Shown one piece after another: positions 29,068 through 40,991 of a stretch of 64,000 bases of DNA (the first letter of the stretch is position 1; every line of letters starts with the position of its first letter). Where the stretch lies: contig CAIIXF020000001.1 in the NCBI GenBank assembly GCA_903813345.2, positions 47,120,001 through 47,184,000 of the forward strand, in the 5' to 3' direction. The stretch is from Owenia fusiformis (Eukaryota). A program made the position numbers and the translations under genes. Below the pieces are notes generated by a model. That model worked only from the letters and a program-made list of their open reading frames with translations. It was not told where the DNA came from and made no database searches.

Positions 29068-29992
29068 CAAGGGTGTTCAAAAAAACGCAACCCAAAGAAA
29101 TTGCTATACATGTATCTTGAAAAATACTAGTTCAATTATGTTCATTTTTTCAGGAAAGTAAGAAGAGACTGTGTTTGTATGGCTCCTGTAGTTGGTTAGT
29201 TGTAAAACATGATGCATTGGACACCTGCTCAAAAGACAGTTGTACTAGGAAAATACGAAAAACCCACTCAGGGCTGACTGCAACCGCAAAAAAACTAAAT
29301 AACTTCCCAGCCATAGCGTTTTGGCTCTTCAAATTTGGCACAAATCATCTTGATTCATTGTATGGTAAATCTGTAAAGTGAAATTAAAATCACTTCAGGG
29401 ACTTTACAGTTATGATCAAAATGCTTTCAAATCTCAGTCAAACGCCCTGGTTCCAGCAGACTTCGGAAGGCATTTTGACCATGACTGTAAAGTCCCTGAA
29501 GTGATTTTGATGAAACTCCACAAATTCACCACACATTGAATGAGGATAAATTGTGCCAAATCTGAAGTGCCAAAACACTATGGTTAGAAAGTTGTTCGGT
29601 TTTATTGCTGTGGTAGTCACCTCTGACTGCATTTTTCATATTTTCCTAGAACAACTGTCTTTTGGGCAGGTGTCCTAGAAATCAGGTTTTACAACTTACT
29701 AACAACAGGAGCTATACATACACAATATCTTCTTTCTTTTCCTGAAAAAATTAACATAATTGAATTAGTATTTTCGAAGATAAATTGATTTTCCATTCAC
29801 ATTTTTCGTATTTTCCATATAAGACTGCCTTTTGAGCAGGTGTACAAGACATCATGTTTTACAACTAACTTACAACAGGAGCTATGCATACACAGTCTTT
29901 TCTTTCTTTCCTGAAAATATTGAACACAATTGGATAAAAATTTTCCAAGATATAGCGATTTCTTTGGGTTGCGTTTTTTTTTGAACACCCTG
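29068..29992. mobile_element. Tc1/mariner-type foldback MITE (same family as 57795-58710, opposite orientation)
   Basis: TA|CAAGGGTGTTCAAAAAAACGCAACCCAAAGAAA...TTTCTTTGGGTTGCGTTTTTTTTTGAACACCCTG|TA; long internal inverted arms. Confidence 0.88.
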
Positions 29993-30999
29993 TACATCAG
30001 ATTGAATAAAGGTGCCTTTGCTTCCAGAAAATTATTTCAGCTATACTAGTTGAGCGTAGACAACCTTTACACTATACAATATAGTAAATATACTTAAAAA
30101 TACAGTACACATTAATACACTATACTTTACAATATACACAATGCAACTATACAGTAAATCCTGAGTGAACACCTATGGAGCCACAAAAATTTGTTCATTT
30201 TATAGGTGTTCACTACAGAGAGGTTATTTCAATTCAGGGGCACTTACACATATTTTGTAGAGTGATGAGGACAAAAATGTTTTGATCTTTTTATATCCCC
30301 GAGGGCACATTTCCAAATTAAATGTCAGTTTGTTATATCCTAGATCACAACCTATTTTCTTTAATTGTTTCTCCACTTCAATATCATCATGCTTTGTAAA
30401 ATTGTAATCTAGGAATTTTAGGGAACACTTTAACCATGTTTTGAGAATGAAGAATATTTAAAACTTGGAAGGCATCAACTATTCCATGTCTTATTGGCCC
30501 CGATCATGTAAGATGAACATAATATGTCAATTTTATATATAAGGCATGTTTATTCAACAAATCATATTTCACAGTTAATTGTGAGTTTTTATGTAAAGGA
30601 AAAAACTGATGCAAATGATGCATACCGTAAGCCTAGAAACTAGCAACAAAATTTTACCAATCATAGAAAAAAATATATCCATCCAAAAATATTTGCACTA
30701 TGCATGCAAAGTATAAAATGGCTTATACTAGTCTTAGTTGCTGATTCAAAGTTTTCAAAAACAGTAAAATCCAGGTTGTCTATAGCTGCCATGACAACAA
30801 TGTTTTAATATTCCATAGCTTAATAAGGTAATTGGAGATTGTAGATATCTAATTTCACAAATCCAGAGCTAATATTGTGAAGGATACATAGTTTCTGTGC
30901 ACACAATATGCTTGCAAAAATATATCCAATACAAAAAGTGCTTTCAGGAGTCTTGGGTTCTCTGTTTTATTTAGAACTATTGACTATAACATCAAGTCA

Positions 31000-33314
31000 T
31001 TAATATCTGTTATTTCTAGCACCAGGAATTACAGCATTTGTGTGTAGGGGCCAGTCTGGATTCCCCCCTGAGGAGTAGATGCCCCTGAAGTAGTGAATGC
31101 ATGGAATAGCTTGTGAGACCCCCAAAAGAGGGCTCTCTAGTTCATCAAACACAGCAAGCATGTTGGCCTCTGTCTTATCACCCCAGTTACAAGGAGATGG
31201 GAAGAAGCTTGTCGTGCATGCAGATACCTGAATAAAAATACAAACAAGTGATTGTAAATTATTTTGCTTCTATTACTGAACTTCTACTTATTTGGCGGAT
31301 TTGCTGTTTTGAACATTTGGTGGCTACTTAATTTGGAGGACTTGCAATATTACAATGACCTTATGGTACTAATTTACATGGTACTAAAATTAAAACGGAA
31401 TAAAAAAAGGAATAAAAAAGGAATATGTGTTTTAGATTGTAAACCTTTAATTTGAACTCTTTTTCCAAGTTAGTAAAGCTGTACTGTACTTACAATATAT
31501 TTTCAATTATCACAATTATGTACCAAAAATCTATTTGTTACCTTATTTGTATAAACAGTCAGGTAGAAGGGTTTGCCATGTTGGAGTGCATATTCATAGT
31601 CCGCTATCTCTGCACGATTTGCTATCTCAGTTGATGTGACAAATGCCACCTATTAAATGTAACAAACATAATGTCATAATAACAACATTTAAATTAAAGA
31701 ATTATTGCATCAAAAATCTAGTTATATTGAATTGATACTCAGTAACACACATATATCAGTGTATTGTATTGTATTGTATATTGTTTACCACCAATGAAGG
31801 TGAGCAATACCTCTTGGGTATATCCCGTATATATACGGTCGTAATTAACGTAGTTAGCCTGGAAGATAGACCCAGAAACCCCTCCTCAAAGGAGCCCTGT
31901 GTTCTTTTATGTGCACCCATACATAGACATACAAGTACACACCACAGTCTTTTGTACGAGCTGTGGACCACTCAGTCAAACACCCTGAAGTACTTTACGC
32001 AAACAAGCAAATTAAGTATTGCCTGAACCGGGGATCGAATCCGGGACCTATTGCGTAAGAGGTACCTGTGCTACCGCTGAGCTATACGGGTGTACATGTA
32101 TCACAATCAATACTTGACAACTTGAAGATTGTTTCTATGAGTGTAAAGGTCTTCTATAGGTTATATACAGGAAAAATGTGGGGCACTATCTGTATAATTA
32201 ATTTGACCAAAAACTAATGAAAATTGTATGTTTGAAAGATACTTTTGTTTAGTACCATAATAAATGGTACTAAAAGTACCATTTTAAATGGTCCAGTCTC
32301 AAAACTAACCTGTGCATCAACACTATCAAAGATATCAATCATATGACGTGTAACCTTCTGAAAAATTCCATTCCACAGGACTGAGTTATCTTGTGTTGTA
32401 TCATCACAATTCCGACCCCAATGCCATCCAATAGAGTAGTGAACCTTCAGGATGCCAGATTGCTGGAGTTTTGCCGCCTCAGCGATCTCATTTAAACGTG
32501 ACAGATAAACAACTGTTTCTTCATCCTCACATTTGATGCTTGCGAAGGCCTCATTGTTTACTGCTACACCATCAAACTTTTCAGACTGGTCTGTGATTTA
32601 ATAAAAAGCATGGCTGGTTGATATAAATATGTACAGAATAAGAATAGAAATGAATTTTGAGGAAATATGAATACAGGCAAATAAAATTAAAGATTCTGGG
32701 ACCTTTTACATGATTTCTTCTTCTGAGGGTATTTTCATACGATACGTTTCTTTATTAGGATTTAATGGCTTGGCAGGTAATGTCATATCCAAAACAATAT
32801 ATTTACTAGAAGATTTAAAACAAACTGAATAGTTTATTATCAAGGTTCACTTACTTTGTGCACAGTTGTCATTGTACCAGACTACATATGGTACAAAGTG
32901 TCTCTCAGATACATCAATGTTACTTGCAGAGAACAGTGCATATATCTCTAGGCCCTGTACATTAGTGTGACCTTGCTGAAGTACATCTCTAACAGCCTGA
33001 AGAGCAGTGTCCCCACAATTACCCTCAATATAAGCTCTCTCAAGGATATCCTTAAATCCTGACATATAGATGGAGCTGACTTCCCGCCCTGATCTGTTAC
33101 AGGTGTCCCAAAGCCATTGTTTTCGGGTGGGTGTGTCCCAACTATGTGTAAAACAAGAACTTGTGTCTTTATCCCACCTCAGAAATTCCTCCTCATCGCA
33201 TCCAGAGATTGTGACATCAAAGGATGTTGTCCAAACATACATGGAGTACTGCTTTCTCTGTGCAGATGCTGAATGTAAAATCACAAAGGATAGAAATAAC
33301 TTAAGTGCTGCCAT
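31000..33314 (-). CDS. Uncharacterised secreted 358-aa protein, possible TIM-barrel glycoside-hydrolase-like fold
   Basis: Exons 33314-32855, 32590-32310, 31649-31542, 31227-31000 join in frame (1077 nt), GT-AG. Signal peptide MAALKLFLSFVILHSASA; YSMYVW near the N-terminus; motif KFDGVAVNNEAF; Trp/Cys-rich. Confidence 0.85.
31758..32092 (-). mobile_element. tRNA-derived SINE, probably V-SINE type
   Basis: Minus strand: A-box TAGCTCAGCGG, B-box GATTCGATCCC, central GTGGTGTGTAC...GGTGCACATAAAAGAAC (V-domain-like), (ATACA)n tail. Confidence 0.8.
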
Positions 33315-33842
33315 TGCTATTGTGGGCACAAAGTGTACATGTATAATATCGTAATTAAATATAGGTTGCATCTGTGTATTCCCACAAGCAGTCCATGGCT
33401 GGCTATTAATTTTTAACTTTCTTTTGATGTTAACTTAATCTAGTATCACGCTACTATATATATATACTGCACAATATCACGCACCACACCAACCATTCTT
33501 TCGACTATGGATCTGTTGTGGCATATGATAACTGTATGTATATAATACTGTAATATAGGGGTTGTCACACTGAATCAACATTTAATATAATTGTTAAATG
33601 AGTAGGCAAGGCCCAGGTGGAACAATTTTTAGAGGTATCAAAGGTGTTCCACTTCAACAAGTTTTACTGTAATCTGAACCTACTATAAAAAAAGATTCAT
33701 CTTTAGTTTCATTTATGTTAAGATTGATGCCATTTATTCCTGCAATATCATCTAAATGTGAATTATTGAAGTTTATGGGTCTTTATTTGTTGAAAGGTAA
33801 ATGTGCAAATTTATGTTCAGCTTAAGGTAAAGAAAAAACATA

Positions 33843-33985
33843 CAGTAAAACCTGTGTACAGCGAACACATAGGGAACCACAAAAAGTGTTCACAGTAGAT
33901 AGGTGTTCGAATAGAGGCAATTTCAGGGGAGTATGTGATGAGAAGGGGTGTTTACTAGAGAAATGTGTTCACCAGAGAAAGTTAC
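33843..33985. mobile_element. Tigger/pogo-like MITE remnant (related pieces at ~30150-30230 and 41891-42030)
   Basis: TA|CAGTAAAACCTGTGTACAGCGAACAC terminus with internal GTGTTCAC repeats. Confidence 0.45.
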
Positions 33986-34047
33986 TGAAATACTGACCTT
34001 TTAACTGTGCTTTGGCCATTGTGGCATATTGTTTCATACAACTGTGT

Positions 34048-37000
34048 TTATGGCACAGGTGGCATACTGACTACATCGCGTAATCTGTCTTTATGTCTTT
34101 TCTTCTTTAATTTTCTTTTCTGATTCTTTGTCAATTGTTTTTGTTCAAACTCAGAATTAACATGAACTATAACTGTTGACTCAGATTTGGTTTGTGTGGA
34201 GCATTTGGGATATCCTTGATCAGCATCATTTACATTTTCAACTGAGTCAGTATTGTTTACATTTGGTTTATTAATCAAATCTTCTTTATCAGGAATGTGT
34301 TTTGCTGATTCATATTTGTGTTCCTCAGAGTTAATTTTGTTATTTTTACGTTTCTTTTTATGTCTTTTTCTCTTAGGAGCTGTAAATGTTCCTGAAATGA
34401 TACAAAACATTGTACAATACAAGATTTGAAAAAATCACCCATTGCTTACATTCACATTTGCAATTTGAATTCTTGTTTAATGAAATTTAAAATATATTGT
34501 TAAAACTATAGAATATACGTAAACATGTATGCAGGTGTTGAGCTAGAAAGAAGCTGGTCAAAATAGCCTTATGAACCAGTTGCCATGTTATTTTCCCAGT
34601 GAAAATTTCAACTGGCCTATTTGAAAAGAACCATGGCAATTACCAATTTAGACTGGGCCTTAGCTCAAACCCTGCATGATGTACATAACATATACATGAA
34701 AAACATATAATTAACCTTCATCACTTGATTCACTTTGTGTTGTTACATCAGGCACAATGTAGCCATCTGGTTTATCACTTGCACCATAACATTTATCATC
34801 TACTCCTGCAGGATTTGCATCTGTTCTGTATTCTGTTGTTTGGATGTTAGCTGTTATTGTCTCTTTTGGTTCTTCTGGATGATGCTCATCATCTTCAGCA
34901 GTTGGATATAGCCTTTTCAACAGGTTTCGTTTTAATACTGCAAGTATTTCAAGGACATTGAGACTGCAGTAGTGAAAAATCATACATTGACATTCCCTTA
35001 ATCGATTGACATAATTTAATCAGTCAATATATGCCAAAAATACCAATATAAAGATGTCAATAACGAGATGTCACTGCTTTATTGAAGAGTTATTTGTTAC
35101 AAACTACAAGACAGTATGACTCATGAGTCAAATTAGGAAGTGTGACAATCGAACCCAAAAAAGCAATCCTACATGTATATGTACGAGTACAAATGAAAAA
35201 TATATCATATCCAATCCTGGTAAAGATCTAGATTAGGCATGTAAGCATGGACTTTCAATAGAATGCCCATGATATTAGGAATACCCTGCGTGCAGAGTCT
35301 AGTTTAACTACACTCTGCCTAGTAGAGACCATATTACAGTTTAGTAGCCCCCCCATAACGGGTACCGGTGACAGTTTGGGTAATAAATCACTTCTGACCT
35401 ACGCACCGTCCACCAATCAGCGAGCTTGAAGAAACATACGCCAAGTGTGTTCTAATTAAATATGCGCATGTCATTGGTCAAGCCCGGACAATTTGAATCA
35501 TGGGAGTGGCGTACTTCCCTTACTAAAAATAACCAAACAAAGTAAAAACCGAACCTCGCGCAGATTGCACCGCCTCAGGAGGTTTCGAAATAAACTTTGA
35601 CTCAGTCATTCAAGTCTGCGTTTTGATTATTGTTTTTAGCCTTGATTGCCTCACAATCCAGTTAAATCGCACTATAACCTGGTGGTTTAGATGGTATTAT
35701 CAATGATGTAAAAATTGAAAAAAGTAGAGTCTACAAAAAATCACAGAAAGTCAAATGCTTCTGTTTACTTCACAGGGGCTTGTCTCGAGGCGTCGGGCAA
35801 GCCCTCCGATGAATCTACTGCTTATAATAGTATTAAGGGTGGTCGGTTTTGATGCTACCTGAAATTTGTAGAAAATGATTGTTAGATATATCAAGTAAAA
35901 ATATATGGAATCCTTTCAATAATCGACATGCTGATTCAAACAACACTAAAGAGTAAACTTACCTAAAATGGTAGCAATCCATCCACTTGTTGCTGAGAAA
36001 TCTGAATAATTTGTTAAGAAGTGATTACACTGCAAGTACCGAATTTTTTTGCAGCCAAATTATTACCTCCAGAGTCGATTTCTTCCCCAAGACACGTCCA
36101 CTGTTAAAAATTGGTAGTTCCTAGAGTTCTTTGTTTCCTTAAGTTCATTCCCGTATGTTATTTTTAACGAAGGACAGCCTATAACGACTGCTATACGCAA
36201 AAAGATGCATGAAATTAAGTTTCGAAACTGAAAGTTGAAAAATGGCGACTTTCCCGTGTTCTATGCGCATGCGCAGCGCATGCGCAAAAATGAAAGTACT
36301 TCATTCCCACAATTCAGAAGGATTCGAATTACTTTTCGGCGGTTGGATCGGTACCAAATGAAAGATTATTGCCAAGGAACGGAAAACATATTTCGAAAAT
36401 GAGAGTAATTTGTTTTATCACTAAAGGAAAATATTCCCGCAATATTAGGTGCATCATGGGAATGGACTGGTGTGAAATAATGAACGCAAGTGACATCTAT
36501 CTAGAAAAATATGTGGTCATTGCGCATGCGTTCATATAATATGAACTAATCAAATTGCTGGATTGAACGCAACTGCGCATGGAACACATTTTCAGTTTCG
36601 AAACATAATTTCATGCATCTATTTTGCGTATAGCAGTCGTTATAGGCTGTCCTTCGTTAAAAATAATATACGGAAATGAACCTAAGTAAACAAAGAACTC
36701 TAGGGACTACCGATTTTTAACAGTGGACGTGTCTTGAGGAAGAAATCGACTCTGGAGCTAACAATTTGAGGGTGAAAATTGTCGTGTTTTGCATTTTCAA
36801 TTAAATTTAATCACTTCCTTACATGTTCTTCACACATCTCAGCAACTAGTGGATGGATTGCTACCATTTTAGGTAAGTTTACTCTATAGTGTTGTTTGAA
36901 TCAGCATGTCGATTATTGAAAGGATTCCATATATTTTTACTTGATATATCTAACAATCATTTTCTACAAATTTCAGGTAGCATCAAAACCGACCACCCTT

Positions 37001-37090
37001 AATACTATTATAAGCAGTAGATTCATCGGAGGGCTTGCCCGACGCCTCGAGACAAGCCCCTGTGGTTTACTTACTCAAATTTCTGTCCAT
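34048..37090 (-). CDS. ERICH1-like (glutamate-rich protein 1-like) basic/low-complexity protein, 193 aa as reconstructed
   Basis: Exons 37090-37075, 34937-34716, 34391-34048 in frame (582 nt). LLKRLYP, YGASDKPDGYIVP, PKRKRHKKKRK and LTKNQKRKLKKKRHK echo ERICH1 segments (VLQRLFP, YTASGPPEGYVP, SKNKKRKLKKK). Minus-strand AATAAA at ~33787 and ~33738. Confidence 0.7.
35771..37064. mobile_element. 1.3-kb foldback non-autonomous DNA transposon, P- or hAT-like
   Basis: CACAGGGG...CCCCTGTG termini, ~500-bp inverted arms (outer ~200 bp nearly perfect), 8-bp TSD GTTTACTT (35763-35770, 37065-37072). Confidence 0.9.
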
Positions 37091-37229
37091 TACATTAAAA
37101 CCCCCTTCCTTTGAATACACCTGGGTACGCTCTAGAATAACAAGACTCCCAAACAAAGACTTGTTCGCTGAAACAGTGGTTAACAGCAAAGTAAATGTCC
37201 AAAAAGTATCGGAGCAACAGTTTACAACT

Positions 37230-37270
37230 CTACTTCTTTTCCGCCATTTTGAACGCAAAAAGTCACGTGA
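37230..37270 (-). promoter_or_regulatory. Promoter-proximal motifs of the ERICH1-like gene (E-box GTCACGTGA, YY1-type AAAATGGCGG) with uORF MAEKK*
   Basis: GTCACGTGA at 37262-37270; CCGCCATTTT at 37241-37250; minus-strand ATG GCG GAA AAG AAG TAG at 37247-37230, ~160 nt upstream of the main ATG. Confidence 0.45.
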
Positions 37271-40200
37271 TAAGTGAGGACGACATCTATAGATATTCAT
37301 AGGATTAATTTGGTATAAACACAGATGAAGATGCTAACAACTGTAAATAGATTAGTACTGGTCTGTGCTGACCACTCTGATATTCAACATATTAATCATG
37401 TTTTTGTCTATTTGGCAGCTGGTAACACACTTTAATATAATGAAACTCAAATTTTATACAAACTAATCCTGAGATGTTAGTCTCAAGATTACATGTATAA
37501 TCTTAGAAAACATTTCATAGCTGGAGATGTTCTTCATCTGAGAGAAAAGTAGTGGTTGCATAGGCTAGCTAGTCACTGCATATTTACACGTCAGGCACAT
37601 GTGATATCATCAATCCTATAATTCAGGATCTCCAGTCAGTATCATCAAACCTATACCACAAAATATCTGTAGGATAAGTTACTTAGCCCACTGATGGATC
37701 TGGGGGGGGGGGGGGGTTAGTTCAACTATAGTTTGATTTGAAGGGAGGCAGTTGGTTAAACTCAATATTGTTGTCCCGGAAGTTTCAACGCAGACTCAAC
37801 ACTAGATGATTTGTAAGCGTCTTACTAAATGTTCATTTTAAAGGCCTTTAAATAAGATCAACTCCTACCATAAGATAAGAGCAGGAAACTGGCTGTAAAA
37901 TTTCAAAGAAGGCTTAATATTTTGCATGGGATTTTCAAATAATGAGATACAAAGTACCTGACTGTAATATATTGCAAAGTTTGATGTAATCTAAAAATAA
38001 ATACCGTTTCTTCACAATATCTCAGTACTTTGCAAACCACTTATTCAGGATAATGCAAAATCAGTTTTTTTTGCGGTTATATTTCTGCAAGAGACTAGTT
38101 TTGGTCTCACAATTCAATAAAGAACGATACAAAATTCAAGAATCTAAGCTTATAATAAATATGTTTATTTCTTATTTGACAAAGCTAATTTTGACAAATT
38201 CAGTGTTCATATCTTACATTCTTTTAAATACATTATTCATACATTTTCACACAGTCGGTCACACCACATGCTATTATATTCATTTGCATTTTATAAATAT
38301 TTAATAATAACTCTAAAAAGAATTCAATTCAAGACTAGAAATTATAGATGAATGGTTCTACAAACGTACCTGGAAATAAGGTTCAATGACCCCAATTACT
38401 TATTCCATTGAGATATCCTGGTACAAAATAATTTATCAATGAAAGAACAATGTACTGAATAACAGCACTGAAAAATTTAATTCATTTGGCTATTAATATG
38501 ATTTAAATCCTACATTTCACATATTAAAAGAGTGCTGTTCTTCAGGAGCTTTTACTTACAGTCAGAGTTAGCCTGACATATCGAAACAATATTAATCAAT
38601 TGGTCTCTATTACGATCAACATTGTAAGAAAGATTATTTTGCTCTTTGAATAAACCTCAGTATTTTGTATATACACTGGGGAAGATTCAAGGCAACTCCA
38701 ACCATCAAAAGGGATGGCTATCATGGTGGTAGATATGATCTAAAATTTTGAGAGGCAAAAATTAAATAGGCGAGGCAAATTAAGCTTAAGGCGAGGCAAA
38801 TTAAGCTAAGGAGGTCAAATCGCTATGACGAAAATAAAGAATTCTCTTTCAGTTTAGCAGTTGCCTCCCCTGCCTCAAATGCCTGGCTATATATGGTTAT
38901 AATCCTTTGGCAATGCTGATAATCATGAAGCAGAAAACCAATATAGAAGTTCACCCGGTGAAGGAAAACAAAAGGAACATGACAACTTTTCAGAAGAAAG
39001 ATATTCTAAATGTAAATTTTGAAATATCCTCCATCTCTCTACAAATGTGATTTTCGACTAACACATCAGTCACAATATTTCTGTTCATTTCACAGGGTGA
39101 ATTGTGTAACATAGTTTGTATCATCATAGTACTATTAAGTTATAAATGAAAGAGCAAGAAGCTAACAGATTCACAAAAGACTACCTACCATTCACTCAAG
39201 TCATATTATAGTACACAAAACAACATACACATATATCAATGAAGTGGATGCCAGCCTATTTTCAAAATCTCCAACCGTAACTGCCTACTGATAGATAGGC
39301 CCTTGAAAATAATCACAAATAATTGCTGCTTAAAACAACAATTTTAAACAGGCCAACAGCATAAATAATACAATACATTTAAGTATCAATTTTGATGCAG
39401 CTTAAAGCAGTATTAATAATTAATAATTTACATCTACAAGTGCATTACCAAATGAATCAGTCAGGTGACAAAAACCTGTTTTAAATTGATTTTCTAGAAA
39501 ATTCTGCAATAAATCTTTTCCTTTTAATAAAGGTTATACATTTTGAAGATTATACAATAAATGAGACAAGAAAAAAGCTGCAACCTGCGAGTGTGACAAT
39601 GTCCCACATCTTTCAGTACAAATTGCACATCTTTTACAAAATAGTGCAATTTGCCACATCTTTTACACTACCTTAGAAAAAAGTCAATTTTCTCTGGTGT
39701 CAGAAATATTGAATAAGTCTCTTTGAATAAGTCTCTTTTAGCAATGTCTACACTTTTTATACAACAAAGTCTTCCTTTAAATAATAAGTATAAACATGGG
39801 CTCTACCACCGATGAAATGGAGTTATATGGAATAACCATAAAAGTCATTTGAAAATTCAAATAAGCCAAGTTGGACTGATAAAAAGCCCACCTGGAGTCT
39901 TCAATAAAAATTAAGCCACCTCTGTACAAATAGGTGATTTTGACTAATCAAATCAATTCAAAATGTCATGTTAATTTGTCATACACTGCACCACAAGAAT
40001 GTTCTAAATGATTGCAAAAATACTACATGGTGTGTACAATAATATGTGCATAATATATTTTTTTTACAAAAATGAATGACAAAATTGTACAACCCAAACT
40101 CTAAAAATTAAGTCTTGAAAATTGATTTTTAAATAAATTCAGTCTTATTTATCTATCGAAATAGTTGAATTAAGTTAGGTTGAATAAGAATAATTTAAAT

Positions 40201-40991
40201 AAAAATCATTCATTAAGTAAACACAAGGTGAAATATATACAGGAAAACTTTTCGCCATGAACACCTTTTTGAAGCTACTTGGAGAAAAAAAAAGAAAAAT
40301 GTTCAAAATGAATTCATCACTTGTATTCTCCAAGACACCTTGTTTTTATCAATGAAAATCAGTCAACAATCAACTCCCCCTCTCATTCCTCCTATGTAGT
40401 ACAAGTAGGAAGATAGAGGGATCAGCATTTTAAAGTCCTCTCTGAGATGGTCACTATTACAAACTTCACTGTTTATGTTCACATTGATGCCTCCACTTCA
40501 AATGTCATCATTTCTATCATATCATATGATAACAATATAAGACAGAGACTTCATATACATTTGATAGCGTATAGTCGCTGTCTTTGTCCAGCAAAGATAT
40601 TGTGTGCCTTATAATCGCAGTCTCTGCATAGTAGCACATCATAAAATAAAGCGATTTCTAGTTCATACGTTAATCAAATTTTACTGCTTGTAGATTACTA
40701 CCTAATGTATTCTTGTATTAATCTCACCCGCAGGCACGGTTTTCTCATTGTTTTTTTCTTTCTAGCTTCCAGTTATGTGTTCATCCATCGAGTTAATTAT
40801 TGGACTACTCCACTGTATTGTACTGTAAGCAGTACATTATCTACCAATCTACTGCACCTGGGTATTATATTATTGCCATGCACGCCTTATTCTTCGACAG
40901 TTCGCGCCTCTCTTCATCAACTGTACATAAATACTATTTACACTCTACATGTACACGAGTGGTCTGTATTTGACACTATATACAATAGATA

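Noticed and set aside
32020..32092. tRNA gene (also 43932-44010)
   Set aside because: No proper cloverleaf; both continue into a shared SINE body and tail.
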